Positions 39,101-46,391 of a DNA stretch of 64,000 nucleotides are shown here, one piece after another; the stretch's first letter is position 1; every line of letters begins with the position of its first letter. The notes below the pieces were generated by a model. It worked only from the letters and a program-made list of their open reading frames with translations, had not been told where the DNA came from and did not search any database. Source of the DNA: Eubacteriales Family XIII. Incertae Sedis bacterium. GTDB taxonomy: Bacteria > Bacillota > Clostridia > Peptostreptococcales > Anaerovoracaceae. The stretch lies in the NCBI GenBank assembly GCA_031264295.1, contig JAISED010000022.1, positions 833 through 64,832 on the forward strand, read 5' to 3'. The position numbers and the translations under genes were made by a program.

Positions 39101-39835
39101 TTCAAGTGCGATACAGCCTCAAGCGGCGCCGAGGCTATACGGCGCATTGCGAAGAATGGTTCATACGACGTCTACTTCATCGACTGGAAAATGCCGGAAA
39201 TCGGCGGGGTCGACTTGACGCATTTCATCAAGGTGAATACCAAGGGAAAATCCGTGGTGATAATGATCTCGGCCACTGAGTGGAATGTGATCGAGAAAGA
39301 GGCGAAAAACGCCGGTGTAGACAGATTCCTGCCCAAGCCATTATTCCCTTCCGCCATAGCCGATTGCATAAACGAATGCATAGGCGACGAAGCGGTGCAT
39401 GTTCCTGTCAGCGCCGATAAAGACAGTACCGAAGACTTCAGCGGACACCGCATACTTCTGGCGGAAGATGTGGAGATCAACAGGGAAATAGTGCTGGCTC
39501 TGCTGGAACCGACCTCGCTTGCCATAGACTGCGCTGAAAACGGCGCCGAAGCCGTGGAGATGTTCGCCGCTTCACCCGAAGCCTACGATATGATATTTAT
39601 GGATGTACAAATGCCTGAAATGGATGGCTTCGAAGCGACGGTAAACATTCGCGCCATGGATATCCCTTATGCGAAAGAAATACCCATAGTAGCCATGACC
39701 GCCAATGTATTCCGTGAGGATGTAGACAGATGTATCCGCGCCGGGATGAACGCTCATCTGGGCAAGCCCTTGGATTTTACGGACGTGCTTAGCATACTCC
39801 GGAAATATCTGCCAAGACATCAGAGACCTCATTGA
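36110..39835 (+). CDS. Hybrid sensor histidine kinase with an extracytoplasmic Cache-like domain, TM, HAMP, PAS, HisKA, HATPase_c and two receiver domains. The start is uncertain (GTG 36146 or ATG 36212 are more likely).
   Basis: The H-box is FLSNMSHEMRTPMNAIIGM. N/G boxes are LLSNAVKFT and DSGIGI..GGTGLGLVISK. REC1 is RVLAVDDAPE..DVYFIDWKMPEIGG..KP. REC2 is RILLAEDVEINRE..YDMIFMDVQMPEMDG..LGKP. The periplasmic segment between TM1 and TM2 has Cache-like blocks (YAFIWDYKCRSICHPRHHSIVG). Confidence 0.9.
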   Translation: MTRKRDKGVKGKVGKISKLITGLPERLWNSLGFGMRSKLIVIFLLVKLVPLVLLTLIAWQQIDNLGDLVAKIAVNDASAALDESAVENIERLSTDTARKVASFLYSRDDDIRYIAQIEPSESAYRTFIESKIGRVVVPEEWVLSLDGDAWIHADDHTVPLSEGEGISTNSENNDMNGFNYRQADSFHYSKIPLYDEITFVDLAGNEIVKVVAADSPKINYPMNPRKMNISQKSNTYVKAETYFQKLKDLAPGDIYVSDVIGAYVGSNYIGMYAPATVEEAAASRGYDIPYKPGEQAFAGEENPVGKRFEGIIRWAAPVTNSRGDIIGYVTLALNHDHIMEFVDHITPMNERYTELSSAYEGNYAFIWDYKCRSICHPRHHSIVGFDPETGEPQTPWLETSIYNGWKASGVAKWTDFVADLPWFDSQSRGKAPSQELTREGLVGLDGRYLNNAPQCTGWMDLTKNGGSGSFYIQWSGLYKLNTAAAIPYYTGQYAPSAENDYSKRGFGFVAIGAGLDDFTQPARETEVRLSTAIDNSLTGTLYALVTTTLIIILVVVLIAIWMASFLTGNITTMINGISRFRSGERQFRFKTTRKDEFGMLADSFDDMADSIDSSVHGPLCITDMDNNIVYVNKHGLALCRLSLEDAVGMQYSTISIYPVGSKYCPITALLEGHEAEVYYHAELGKYFIGAANYLYGKDDEKTGYIIVSTDITEIQHAKEKAEQASRAKSDFLSNMSHEMRTPMNAIIGMTAIGRSAAELEKKDYCFGKISDASTHLLGVINDILDMSKIEANKFELSPVDFVFENMLQKVADVINFRVEEKRQKFTVYIDNDIPRIINGDDQRLSQVITNLLSNAVKFTPEEGSIHLNAALVGEDDDFCTICIEVRDSGIGISPEQQSRLFSSFEQAENSTSRKFGGTGLGLVISKRIVEKMSGNVWIESELGKGSTFAFTIKAARITEARRGSLNPGVNWNNIRVLAVDDAPETRSYFTDVAARFGFKCDTASSGAEAIRRIAKNGSYDVYFIDWKMPEIGGVDLTHFIKVNTKGKSVVIMISATEWNVIEKEAKNAGVDRFLPKPLFPSAIADCINECIGDEAVHVPVSADKDSTEDFSGHRILLAEDVEINREIVLALLEPTSLAIDCAENGAEAVEMFAASPEAYDMIFMDVQMPEMDGFEATVNIRAMDIPYAKEIPIVAMTANVFREDVDRCIRAGMNAHLGKPLDFTDVLSILRKYLPRHQRPH

Positions 39836-40105
39836 TTATGATCGGATCGATTTGCTTAAACCACTAATTCGCGGAACGAATAATTACCGCTATTATGAAA
39901 TGCAGCAAATTCAAGACGTATCAGTGATCTGCACAAAGCGTGATACCTGTGGATTAATCTCACATCGCTCCAGTAACTCGTTAAACGCCGCTATTGCCTG
40001 CAATTTGGGCCGCGAAACCATCAAACAACACGGAAGATTATTATAGTCAGCATACCATTATAATATTTCCCAATTTTTGCATTTCTAATTTTCAGGCATA
40101 ATCAA

Positions 40106-40134
40106 TTGACCTCATAGCTGAATTTGTGTATAAT
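40106..40134 (+). promoter_or_regulatory. Near-consensus sigma-A promoter upstream of the structured leader and TA pair.
   Basis: TTGACC (40106-40111), a 17-nt spacer and TATAAT (40129-40134) predict a TSS at ~40141. Confidence 0.55.
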
Positions 40135-40140
40135 ATTGTT

Positions 40141-40300
40141 ATTGAACGACACCGCCCATTCCCCTGTCTTTAGACATGGGGTTACAACTTTACATAGCTG
40201 ACGTGGGGTAGCAATCCCTCGGCGGCTACGAATTGACGGCTGTGGGGACGCCGTAAATTCGTCCGTTCAACAATTTGAGTGCGCTCCGCGCTCAAATTTG
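40141..40300 (+). ncRNA. Unclassified, strongly structured ~160-nt leader/ncRNA. It forms a multi-hairpin junction closed by a P1 helix, followed by a 12-bp hairpin.
   Basis: P1 pairs TTGAACG (40142-40148) with CGTTCAA (40264-40270). Hairpin A is 40161-40181 (CCCCTGTC/GACAtGGGG). Hairpin C is 40196-40226. Hairpin B is 40228-40262 (12 bp, ACGAATTgACGGC..GCCGTaAATTCGT, loop TGTGGGGAC). Hairpin D is 40272-40298 (AATTTGAGTGCG-CTC-CGCGCTCAAATT). A [CT]GTGGGG/ATGGGG motif recurs three times. Confidence 0.35.
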
Positions 40301-40338
40301 GACGGAGACAAATTTGAAGTGGAAGGAGATGCATCTAA

Positions 40339-40599
40339 ATGCCTAATATTAGACCGAGCGCATATCTGCGTAACAACTATAACGAAATATCCGAGTTCTG
40401 CCATTCCAAAATGGAGCCTGTGTTCATCACAAAGAATGGTCATGGAGATTTGGCTGTCCTCAGCATTGAGGCTTATGAAAAATTCTGCGGGCGTTATGAA
40501 CTATATCATCTGCTTGATGAAGCCGAGAAGGCTGAAAAAGACGGAGATTTCATGGATTATGATGATTTTATTGCCGGATTGCGGGAACAAATGAAATGA
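40339..40599 (+). CDS. Type II antitoxin, Phd/YefM family.
   Basis: The 86-aa sequence MPNIRPSAYLRNNYNEISEFCHSKMEPVFITKNGHGDLAVLSIEAYEKF is the typical Phd/YefM N-terminal fold sequence. An RBS (GGAAGGAG) lies 10 nt upstream, and there is a 4-nt overlap with the toxin gene. Confidence 0.8.
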   Translation: MPNIRPSAYLRNNYNEISEFCHSKMEPVFITKNGHGDLAVLSIEAYEKFCGRYELYHLLDEAEKAEKDGDFMDYDDFIAGLREQMK

Positions 40600-40925
40600 T
40601 TTACAAAATCCGAATCATGAAACCCGCTCAGGTCGATATAAGTGAAACCTGTCAGTATATCACCGATGTACTACATAGTCCATCAGCAGCTTCCGGTTAT
40701 ATCGCCCTAATCGACAACACTATCCAATCCCTGAAGAATAATCCATGTCGATCACCTCTCGTGCGGAATGATTATCTGGCGTCTAAAGGCTATCGGATAA
40801 CTCTCGTAAAAAAGCATCTCATATTCTACATTGTTCATGATGAAATAAAAACCGTATCAGTTATGCGTGTTTTATATGAACGACGTGACTGGTTGCGCCT
40901 TTTGAGAGCGGATGATGACGAATAG
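40596..40925 (+). CDS. Type II toxin, RelE/ParE superfamily.
   Basis: The 109-aa protein has an ATGA overlap with the antitoxin gene. ..GYRITLVKKHLIFYIVHDEIKTVSVMRVLYERRDW is the typical RelE/ParE C-terminal beta-sheet and R/D-W motif. Confidence 0.8.
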   Translation: MIYKIRIMKPAQVDISETCQYITDVLHSPSAASGYIALIDNTIQSLKNNPCRSPLVRNDYLASKGYRITLVKKHLIFYIVHDEIKTVSVMRVLYERRDWLRLLRADDDE

Positions 40926-40929
40926 CCAT

Positions 40930-41230
40930 CGCATTCTGCTGTTTCGTTTGAGTAGAACTTTCCCAATCAGTTAGACTATACATTCGTTTTGCACTGTCAA
41001 ATCGCTTTATCAGCCTGAATGTCAAAACAGTCGACAGAAAATCACAAAACTCGCTGCCAATTACGGAATAGTCATCGTGGACGCGTGTCTCGTCAAACTC
41101 ACAGGTTGCACGCGCCTTCCTCGAAAAATCCGACAGGAAATTCACAGTTGATTCGTTGGATTTCAGCGTTCCATCTATCAGCAGGTGATGGTCAATACCC
41201 ATTGCAGCCGCTCTGTTCCTCATGAACAGC
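40930..41230 (-). pseudogene. Possible fragment of a transposase-like gene (very tentative).
   Basis: The reading frame continuing past the uxaC stop encodes ..GIDHHLLIDGTLKSNESTVNFLSDFSRKARATCEFDE..FLSTVLTFRLIKRFDSAKRMYS.. It has no start or RBS context. It lies in a low-GC islet next to the TA pair. The family was not recognised with confidence. Confidence 0.2.
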
Positions 41231-42616
41231 TTACAACTTAAAATAAGCCTTGGCGTTATGATAGCATATATCCGATACGGTTTCGCCGAGCGTATCCATA
41301 TCGTTCGGCAGATGCCCCGCTGTGACCCACTCTCCGAGAAGGCCGCACAATATGCGGCGGAAATACTCATGCCTTGTATAGGAAAGGAAACTGCGCGAGT
41401 CTGTCAGCATACCCACAAATCTCCCGAGCAGCCCCAACGCCGCCAGATCTGTGAGCTGTCTTCTCATTCCATCGAAATGGTCGCAGAACCACCAAGCGGA
41501 TCCGAACTGAATCTTCCCCGGACTTTCCCCTTGGAAGTTTCCTATCATAGATCCGAGTACATAATTAAAGGAAGGATTTACATGATACAGTATCGTCTGA
41601 GGCAGGAGCTCCTTGCTGTCCAGTGAATCCATAAACTCCGCAAGCCTCTCCGCCAGAGCAAAATCGTTTATACTGTCGAAGCCTGTATCTGCGCCCACGG
41701 CTCTCAGCATACGCGTATTATTGCTTCTCAAAGCGCCCATATGCAGCTGCATAGTCCATCCCCGCCGTGCATATTCGGCGCCCAGAAACTCCATGATATG
41801 AAATGTGAACGCGCTTTCCTCTTGTAAGCTCACAGGCTTGCCGGACAGCGCCGCCGCAAAGACGCCCGCCGGATCCGCCGTACTGTCTCGAAGCGGCATA
41901 TATTCAAAACTATGATCCGAAAGCCTGCATCCCGCCGCCTCAAAGTAATCAAGCCTGCTCACAAGTACCGTTTTAAGTTCATCCAGACTTTGAATCCTGC
42001 TTCCCGCCGACGCCGCGAGTCTTGACACGTATTCCGGATAGGCCGGATCGTTTAAATGCCGGATCTTATCCGGTCTCCACGTGGGAAGTACACGAAAACT
42101 CAGGTTTTCATCCCTGAGCGCCAAGTGATGTTCAAGACTGTCTGCGGGGTCGTCTGTGGTGCATATGACCTCAACATTCGACAGCTTTATGAAATCACGG
42201 CAACGCAGACCCCCCGCAAGTATTGCGTTAACCCTTTTCCATATGCCCTGCGCGCTCTGCTCCGACAAGACCTCGTCAATGCCAAAATATCTCTTGAGTT
42301 CCAGATGGCTCCAGTGATAGAGGGGGTTCCCTATAGCATAACGCATCGTAGAAGCAAATGCCAGAAATTTGTCATAATCGCTGCCGTCCCCGGTGCAGAG
42401 GCTTTCGCATACGCCGTTTGCCCTCATAGCCCGCCATTTGTAATGATCCCCGCGCAGCCAGAGTTCGGTCAGATTTTTATACGATCTGTTCCCGCGGATT
42501 TCGGCCGCGTCTATGTGACAGTGATAGTCTATTATGGGCAATCCGTCCGCGCAACTGTGATACAAACTTCGCGCGGCGTCTGTCGTCAACAAAAAATCAT
42601 CCGTTATAAATCCCAT
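41231..42616 (-). CDS. uxaC: Glucuronate isomerase (uronate isomerase).
   Basis: MGFITDDFLLTTDAARSLYHSCADGLPIIDYHCHID matches the UxaC N-terminal signature (F..DFLL....A..LYH......PI.DYHCH). The 461-aa length fits. Confidence 0.9.
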   Translation of the reverse strand: MGFITDDFLLTTDAARSLYHSCADGLPIIDYHCHIDAAEIRGNRSYKNLTELWLRGDHYKWRAMRANGVCESLCTGDGSDYDKFLAFASTMRYAIGNPLYHWSHLELKRYFGIDEVLSEQSAQGIWKRVNAILAGGLRCRDFIKLSNVEVICTTDDPADSLEHHLALRDENLSFRVLPTWRPDKIRHLNDPAYPEYVSRLAASAGSRIQSLDELKTVLVSRLDYFEAAGCRLSDHSFEYMPLRDSTADPAGVFAAALSGKPVSLQEESAFTFHIMEFLGAEYARRGWTMQLHMGALRSNNTRMLRAVGADTGFDSINDFALAERLAEFMDSLDSKELLPQTILYHVNPSFNYVLGSMIGNFQGESPGKIQFGSAWWFCDHFDGMRRQLTDLAALGLLGRFVGMLTDSRSFLSYTRHEYFRRILCGLLGEWVTAGHLPNDMDTLGETVSDICYHNAKAYFKL

Positions 42617-42684
42617 GCTGCATCCTCCTTACCCTGCGCCGCCCTTAAACCGAAACTAATCAAGGCAGGCTCCGGAAACCGGCG

Positions 42685-43362
42685 TCATTTGAAGTATCCG
42701 GGATACTTCTGACGTATAGGCTGCTCATCGATCTTATAACGCGACAGGTGTTTCTCCATATGCTGCTTCGCCGCCGCCTTGTCCTTTTCCTGTATCGCCT
42801 TGAGTATGGCTTGATGGTCGGCTACGATCTTTATATCCTTTACCGTATTGAGACTCATCTTGCGCACGCGGTCAAAATGCACCGACATGGAATCAAGCAG
42901 ATTGTATGTCTGCAATTTATTCGCGATACAAAATATCTTCTTGTGGAATTGATTGTCTAATTCAAGCAGTTTGTCCGTATTCGAGACCGATATGCAAAAA
43001 TCCTGCATTACGAGGTTTTCCTGAAGCTCAAGTATATCCTCATCGGTCGCTGATTCGCAAGCCAGCTCCACCACTGCCAGTTCAAGCACAAGGCGCATAA
43101 ACCTCGATTCTTCAACAAGGTTATAGTCTATGGTTGATATAAAGCTGCCTTTCTGCGGAATTATTTCTACGATCTTTGTCTTTCCCAACTCCATCAGCGC
43201 CTCGCGTATCGGCGTTCGTGAAAGCCCGATTTTAGCCGCAAGATCGCTTTCACTGACCATAGTCCCCGGTTCAAGCTCCAACATGATGATGGAGTTTTTA
43301 AGTATCCTGTATGCGCGTTCCCGAGCGGTCTCTTTAGTTGTACTGTCGAATATCATTTCCAT
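42685..43362 (-). CDS. GntR-family (FadR/FCD subfamily) transcriptional regulator embedded in the hexuronate operon.
   Basis: The N-terminal wHTH is AYRILKNSIIMLELEPGTMVSESDLAAKIGLSRTPIREALMELGKTKIVEIIPQKG. It is followed by an all-helical C-terminal FCD-like domain. Confidence 0.85.
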   Translation of the reverse strand: MEMIFDSTTKETARERAYRILKNSIIMLELEPGTMVSESDLAAKIGLSRTPIREALMELGKTKIVEIIPQKGSFISTIDYNLVEESRFMRLVLELAVVELACESATDEDILELQENLVMQDFCISVSNTDKLLELDNQFHKKIFCIANKLQTYNLLDSMSVHFDRVRKMSLNTVKDIKIVADHQAILKAIQEKDKAAAKQHMEKHLSRYKIDEQPIRQKYPGYFK

Positions 43363-43457
43363 GTGAAATCACAAACCCCCATATTATTACAAAGCGTATA
43401 TTTAAAGTATACCGCCCACACAAAAATCCGTCAAGTCCGACATCGTGAACGACGGTG

Positions 43458-45095
43458 TCAAGTTGCTCTGGATCTGATATCATCACAAGCCGCCCCGCCA
43501 AGTATATTATGCAGTATGCGGCGAACCGCTCCTCTGCCGCGAAGCATTTCAACAAAAAGCCTTTCAACTCGTCCCCCTATTCCGGCCTCATAGAGATCCA
43601 TGCCGAAAAGCCGCGAATCCGACAGCAGGGGCGTCAACTGGCCATTGTACGAATCCGCCCGCGCCGCTTCTATCCCCGACACCGCTTCTCTGAGTCTGTC
43701 CATGAGCGGATCGTCGCTGAGCCTCATCTGCTCAAGTCTGTCGTCAAGGCCGAGCAGATACCTGAACCAAGCGGCTATAGTAAGCGGTATACAAACGAGT
43801 TTTTCACAGCCCAGATCCTCCCTCGCCGCATAAGCCTTTATGGTCTCACCAAAACGTATAGGCATCTTTTGGCTTGTATCCGAAGCCACGCGTTGAGGCG
43901 TATCGGGCATAAACGGATTCGGCAGCCTCTGTGTAAGTACTTCCTTCAGAAACTCACGCGGATCGATGATTCCGGGATCCTCCACCACCGGCAGACATTC
44001 GGCATAGCCTATGCATTCCACCAGACGTCTCAGATCTTCATCGCCCATTTCCTCCGCTATGCTGTCAAATCCGAGCAAACGCCCGAATATGGCTAAAGCG
44101 GTATGCAGAGGGTTAAGGCAGGCCGTGACCTTCATGCGCTCCGCCTTGTTAACGGTTTCACGCCCGGCGAAATACACGCCGGCTTCCTCCAAACAAGGTC
44201 GCCCGTTAGGAAAGTCGTCCTCAACGACGAGGTACTGGGGTATCTCCGCGTTCACATAGGGAGCGATATACGTTCCCTTGCCTGTCACGATCGGCTCAAG
44301 CAGCAAACCCGCGTCCTCCAACCGGCGGCATATCTTCTCCGATGGCCTGGGCGTTATTTTATCTATCATCGTCCAAGGAAACGATATCTTATCCCTGTCA
44401 TTTAAATAATCAATAAATCCGCCGTCGATCACGCCCTTACCGCGCCAGCCTTCGGCTACAGCCATGACAGCAGCCTTAAGCCTGTCGCCGTTCCCGCTGA
44501 AATTATCCAGACACAGAACCGCCAATGGCATGGCGCCTGCTTCGTATCGTTTGTAGAGCAGAGCGGTCGCCGCACATATGGAATACTTGGCCATATGCGG
44601 CGGATTTTCGAAATCCTCTGTCACTCCGGGCAGTGGGTTCCCGTCAAAATCCACCAAGGAATAGCCCTTCTCGGTGATCGCGAAGCTGAAGATCTGCAGT
44701 CCGGGTTCGCAGAACATACGTTCGAGTTCCGCTTTCCCCTCACTATCCGTCTTATATGCCCCCGCAATACTGCCAATCACGCTTTTGTCCGTGCTTCCGT
44801 CGGGTCTCAGCCCTACAAGCAGCGAAAGATTATCATGAGGCGCATATATCCTGTCTATTATCTCATGATCGAAGCCCTCCGCCGCGATTATCCCTTTGTC
44901 AGAGTAGCCGCCGTCAATCAGTCTCTGCTGAAGCGAAGCTATAAAGCCTCTGAATATATTTCCGGCGCCATAATGAATCCATATCGGTTTTTCAATGGTT
45001 CCGGCGGACACCGCTTTATAATCGAAGCGCGGCAGCCTCACACCAAGTTTTTCCCAGCCGCCGTCCTTCAGCCCGTCGGCGCACAGTTTCAGCAT
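43458..45095 (-). CDS. uxuB: Mannitol-dehydrogenase-family oxidoreductase, probably fructuronate (D-mannonate) reductase.
   Basis: WIHYGAGNIFRGF is a Rossmann block typical of long-chain mannitol dehydrogenase/UxuB/UxaB enzymes. The gene lies between uxuA and uxaC. I chose the start at ATG 45095 (MLKLCADG) because GGAGGA lies 8 nt upstream; the ORF track extends to 45125. UxuB versus UxaB is not resolvable by eye. Confidence 0.7.
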   Translation of the reverse strand: MLKLCADGLKDGGWEKLGVRLPRFDYKAVSAGTIEKPIWIHYGAGNIFRGFIASLQQRLIDGGYSDKGIIAAEGFDHEIIDRIYAPHDNLSLLVGLRPDGSTDKSVIGSIAGAYKTDSEGKAELERMFCEPGLQIFSFAITEKGYSLVDFDGNPLPGVTEDFENPPHMAKYSICAATALLYKRYEAGAMPLAVLCLDNFSGNGDRLKAAVMAVAEGWRGKGVIDGGFIDYLNDRDKISFPWTMIDKITPRPSEKICRRLEDAGLLLEPIVTGKGTYIAPYVNAEIPQYLVVEDDFPNGRPCLEEAGVYFAGRETVNKAERMKVTACLNPLHTALAIFGRLLGFDSIAEEMGDEDLRRLVECIGYAECLPVVEDPGIIDPREFLKEVLTQRLPNPFMPDTPQRVASDTSQKMPIRFGETIKAYAAREDLGCEKLVCIPLTIAAWFRYLLGLDDRLEQMRLSDDPLMDRLREAVSGIEAARADSYNGQLTPLLSDSRLFGMDLYEAGIGGRVERLFVEMLRGRGAVRRILHNILGGAACDDIRSRAT

Positions 45096-45123
45096 ATCCC
45101 ATATCCTCCAACAATTCGTTAAC

Positions 45124-45307
45124 AACCGCGCCGTCCTCCGGCGACCGCGCCTGACCGCCTGCGCCGTCCTCCGACGACCGCGCCTGACCGCCTGCGCTGT
45201 TCTCCGGCGTCCGCGCCTGGCCGCCTGCGCCGTTCTCCGACGACCGCGCCTGGCCGCTTGCGCCGTTCTCCGACGACCGCGCCTGACCGCCTGCGCCGAT
45301 GTCCACA
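45124..45307. repeat. GC-rich 33-bp tandem repeat (5 full units plus a partial unit) filling the uxuA-uxuB intercistronic gap.
   Basis: Units GACCGCGCCTG[AG]CCGC[CT]TGCGCCGT[CT]CTCCGAC begin at 45143, 45176, 45209, 45242 and 45275, with a partial unit at 45124-45142. On the minus strand one frame reads GGQARSSENGA x5 (ORF 45016-45321). Confidence 0.85.
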
Positions 45308-45321
45308 GCCACGCCCGGCAA

Positions 45322-46386
45322 CTATGCCATCTTACTCACTGCTTCCCAAAGGCCGAGCAGGTAGCATGCGCCCAGCGCTCTGTCATAGAGTCCATATCCC
45401 GGTCTCGCCACCTCTCCCCAGATCATGCGCCCGTGATCCGGTCTGACATAAGCGTCGAAGCCGCCGTCATACAGAGCCTTTACTATTTCAAACATGTCCA
45501 GATCGCCGCACCGGGAAGGGTGAGCGCTTTCATCAAAATCATATGTAGAAACGCGTTTCAAATTTCTTAAATGAGCGAAGTTAATGCGGTTCGCGAACTC
45601 GGCCGCCATCGCTGCGACATCGTTATTCGCGTCAGCGCCCAGGCTCCCCGAACACAGGGTCAGCCCATTATAGGGGCTGTCGTAGATCGAGAGGAATCGT
45701 CTTATATTTTCAGCGTTATTTATAAGTTTAGGAAGCCCGAATAATGACCATGGCGGATCGTCGGGATGAATCGCCATCCTGACGTCCCACGCCTCCGCCA
45801 CGGGTATTACGGCCTCAAGAAAGTAGCGTATATTATCCCAGTACATCTCCTCGGACACATCCTGATAGAACATTATGTCCGCCGCCATCTGGTCAAACCT
45901 GTCCGGCTCCCAGCCCGGCAGCGAAAAGCCCTCGGCCTTGTCCAGCATAGAATCCGCCATAGACAGAGGCGTCATTTCAGCCAGATTCTCATGACGGTAC
46001 GAGAGCACATAACTGCCGTCCGGCAGCCTGTGCGCCAGATCGCTGCGCACCCAGTCCATCACTGGCATGAAATTATAACAAAGACATCTCACACCGGTCT
46101 CAGAAAGATTTTTAATCGTATCAATGTAATTTTGAATATATTCGTCTCGTGAGGGCAAGCCCTTCTTTATATCCTCATGTATATTAACGCTCTCTATTAC
46201 CTCCATCTCCAGACCGGCGCCGTTTATCTCTTCTTTCAGCGCTTTCAATGTCTCAAGCGGCCACACCTCGCCTACCGGTATTTTAGGCAGACAGGTCGCC
46301 ACCCCTGTTATACACGGCGTCTGAGCAATTTGCGTTAACGTAACACTGTCGTCATTGTGGGGAAACCAACGCAAGATCATCTTCAA
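45322..46386 (-). CDS. uxuA: D-mannonate dehydratase.
   Basis: Blocks shared with characterised UxuA include CYNFMPVMDW, RMAIHPDDPPW, LCSGSLG, NFAHLRN and RPDHG. I place the start at TTG 46384-46386, which gives (M)KMILRWF, with GGAGG 9 nt upstream; the ORF-track start at 46422 would overlap dctM. Confidence 0.9.
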   Translation of the reverse strand: MKMILRWFPHNDDSVTLTQIAQTPCITGVATCLPKIPVGEVWPLETLKALKEEINGAGLEMEVIESVNIHEDIKKGLPSRDEYIQNYIDTIKNLSETGVRCLCYNFMPVMDWVRSDLAHRLPDGSYVLSYRHENLAEMTPLSMADSMLDKAEGFSLPGWEPDRFDQMAADIMFYQDVSEEMYWDNIRYFLEAVIPVAEAWDVRMAIHPDDPPWSLFGLPKLINNAENIRRFLSIYDSPYNGLTLCSGSLGADANNDVAAMAAEFANRINFAHLRNLKRVSTYDFDESAHPSRCGDLDMFEIVKALYDGGFDAYVRPDHGRMIWGEVARPGYGLYDRALGACYLLGLWEAVSKMA

Positions 46387-46391
46387 GTTAT

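Noticed and set aside
40298-40594. 98-aa ORF overlapping the antitoxin gene in another frame, and the 64-aa ORF at 39852-40046.
   Set aside because: The 40339-40599 frame has the Phd/YefM signature, a proper SD and toxin coupling. The alternative frame starts at a TTG inside hairpin D and has no family resemblance. The 39852-40046 ORF has no SD, and the opposite strand shows more protein-like but fragmentary frames.
45016-45321. 101-aa ORF encoding GGQARSSENGA repeats, considered as a real protein-coding gene.
   Set aside because: It starts at a TTG with no SD directly after the uxuA stop. It runs out of frame into the well-supported uxuB N-terminus. All repeat-unit differences are non-synonymous in its frame. 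I treat it as a nucleotide tandem repeat (see findings) rather than a CDS, although translation cannot be excluded.
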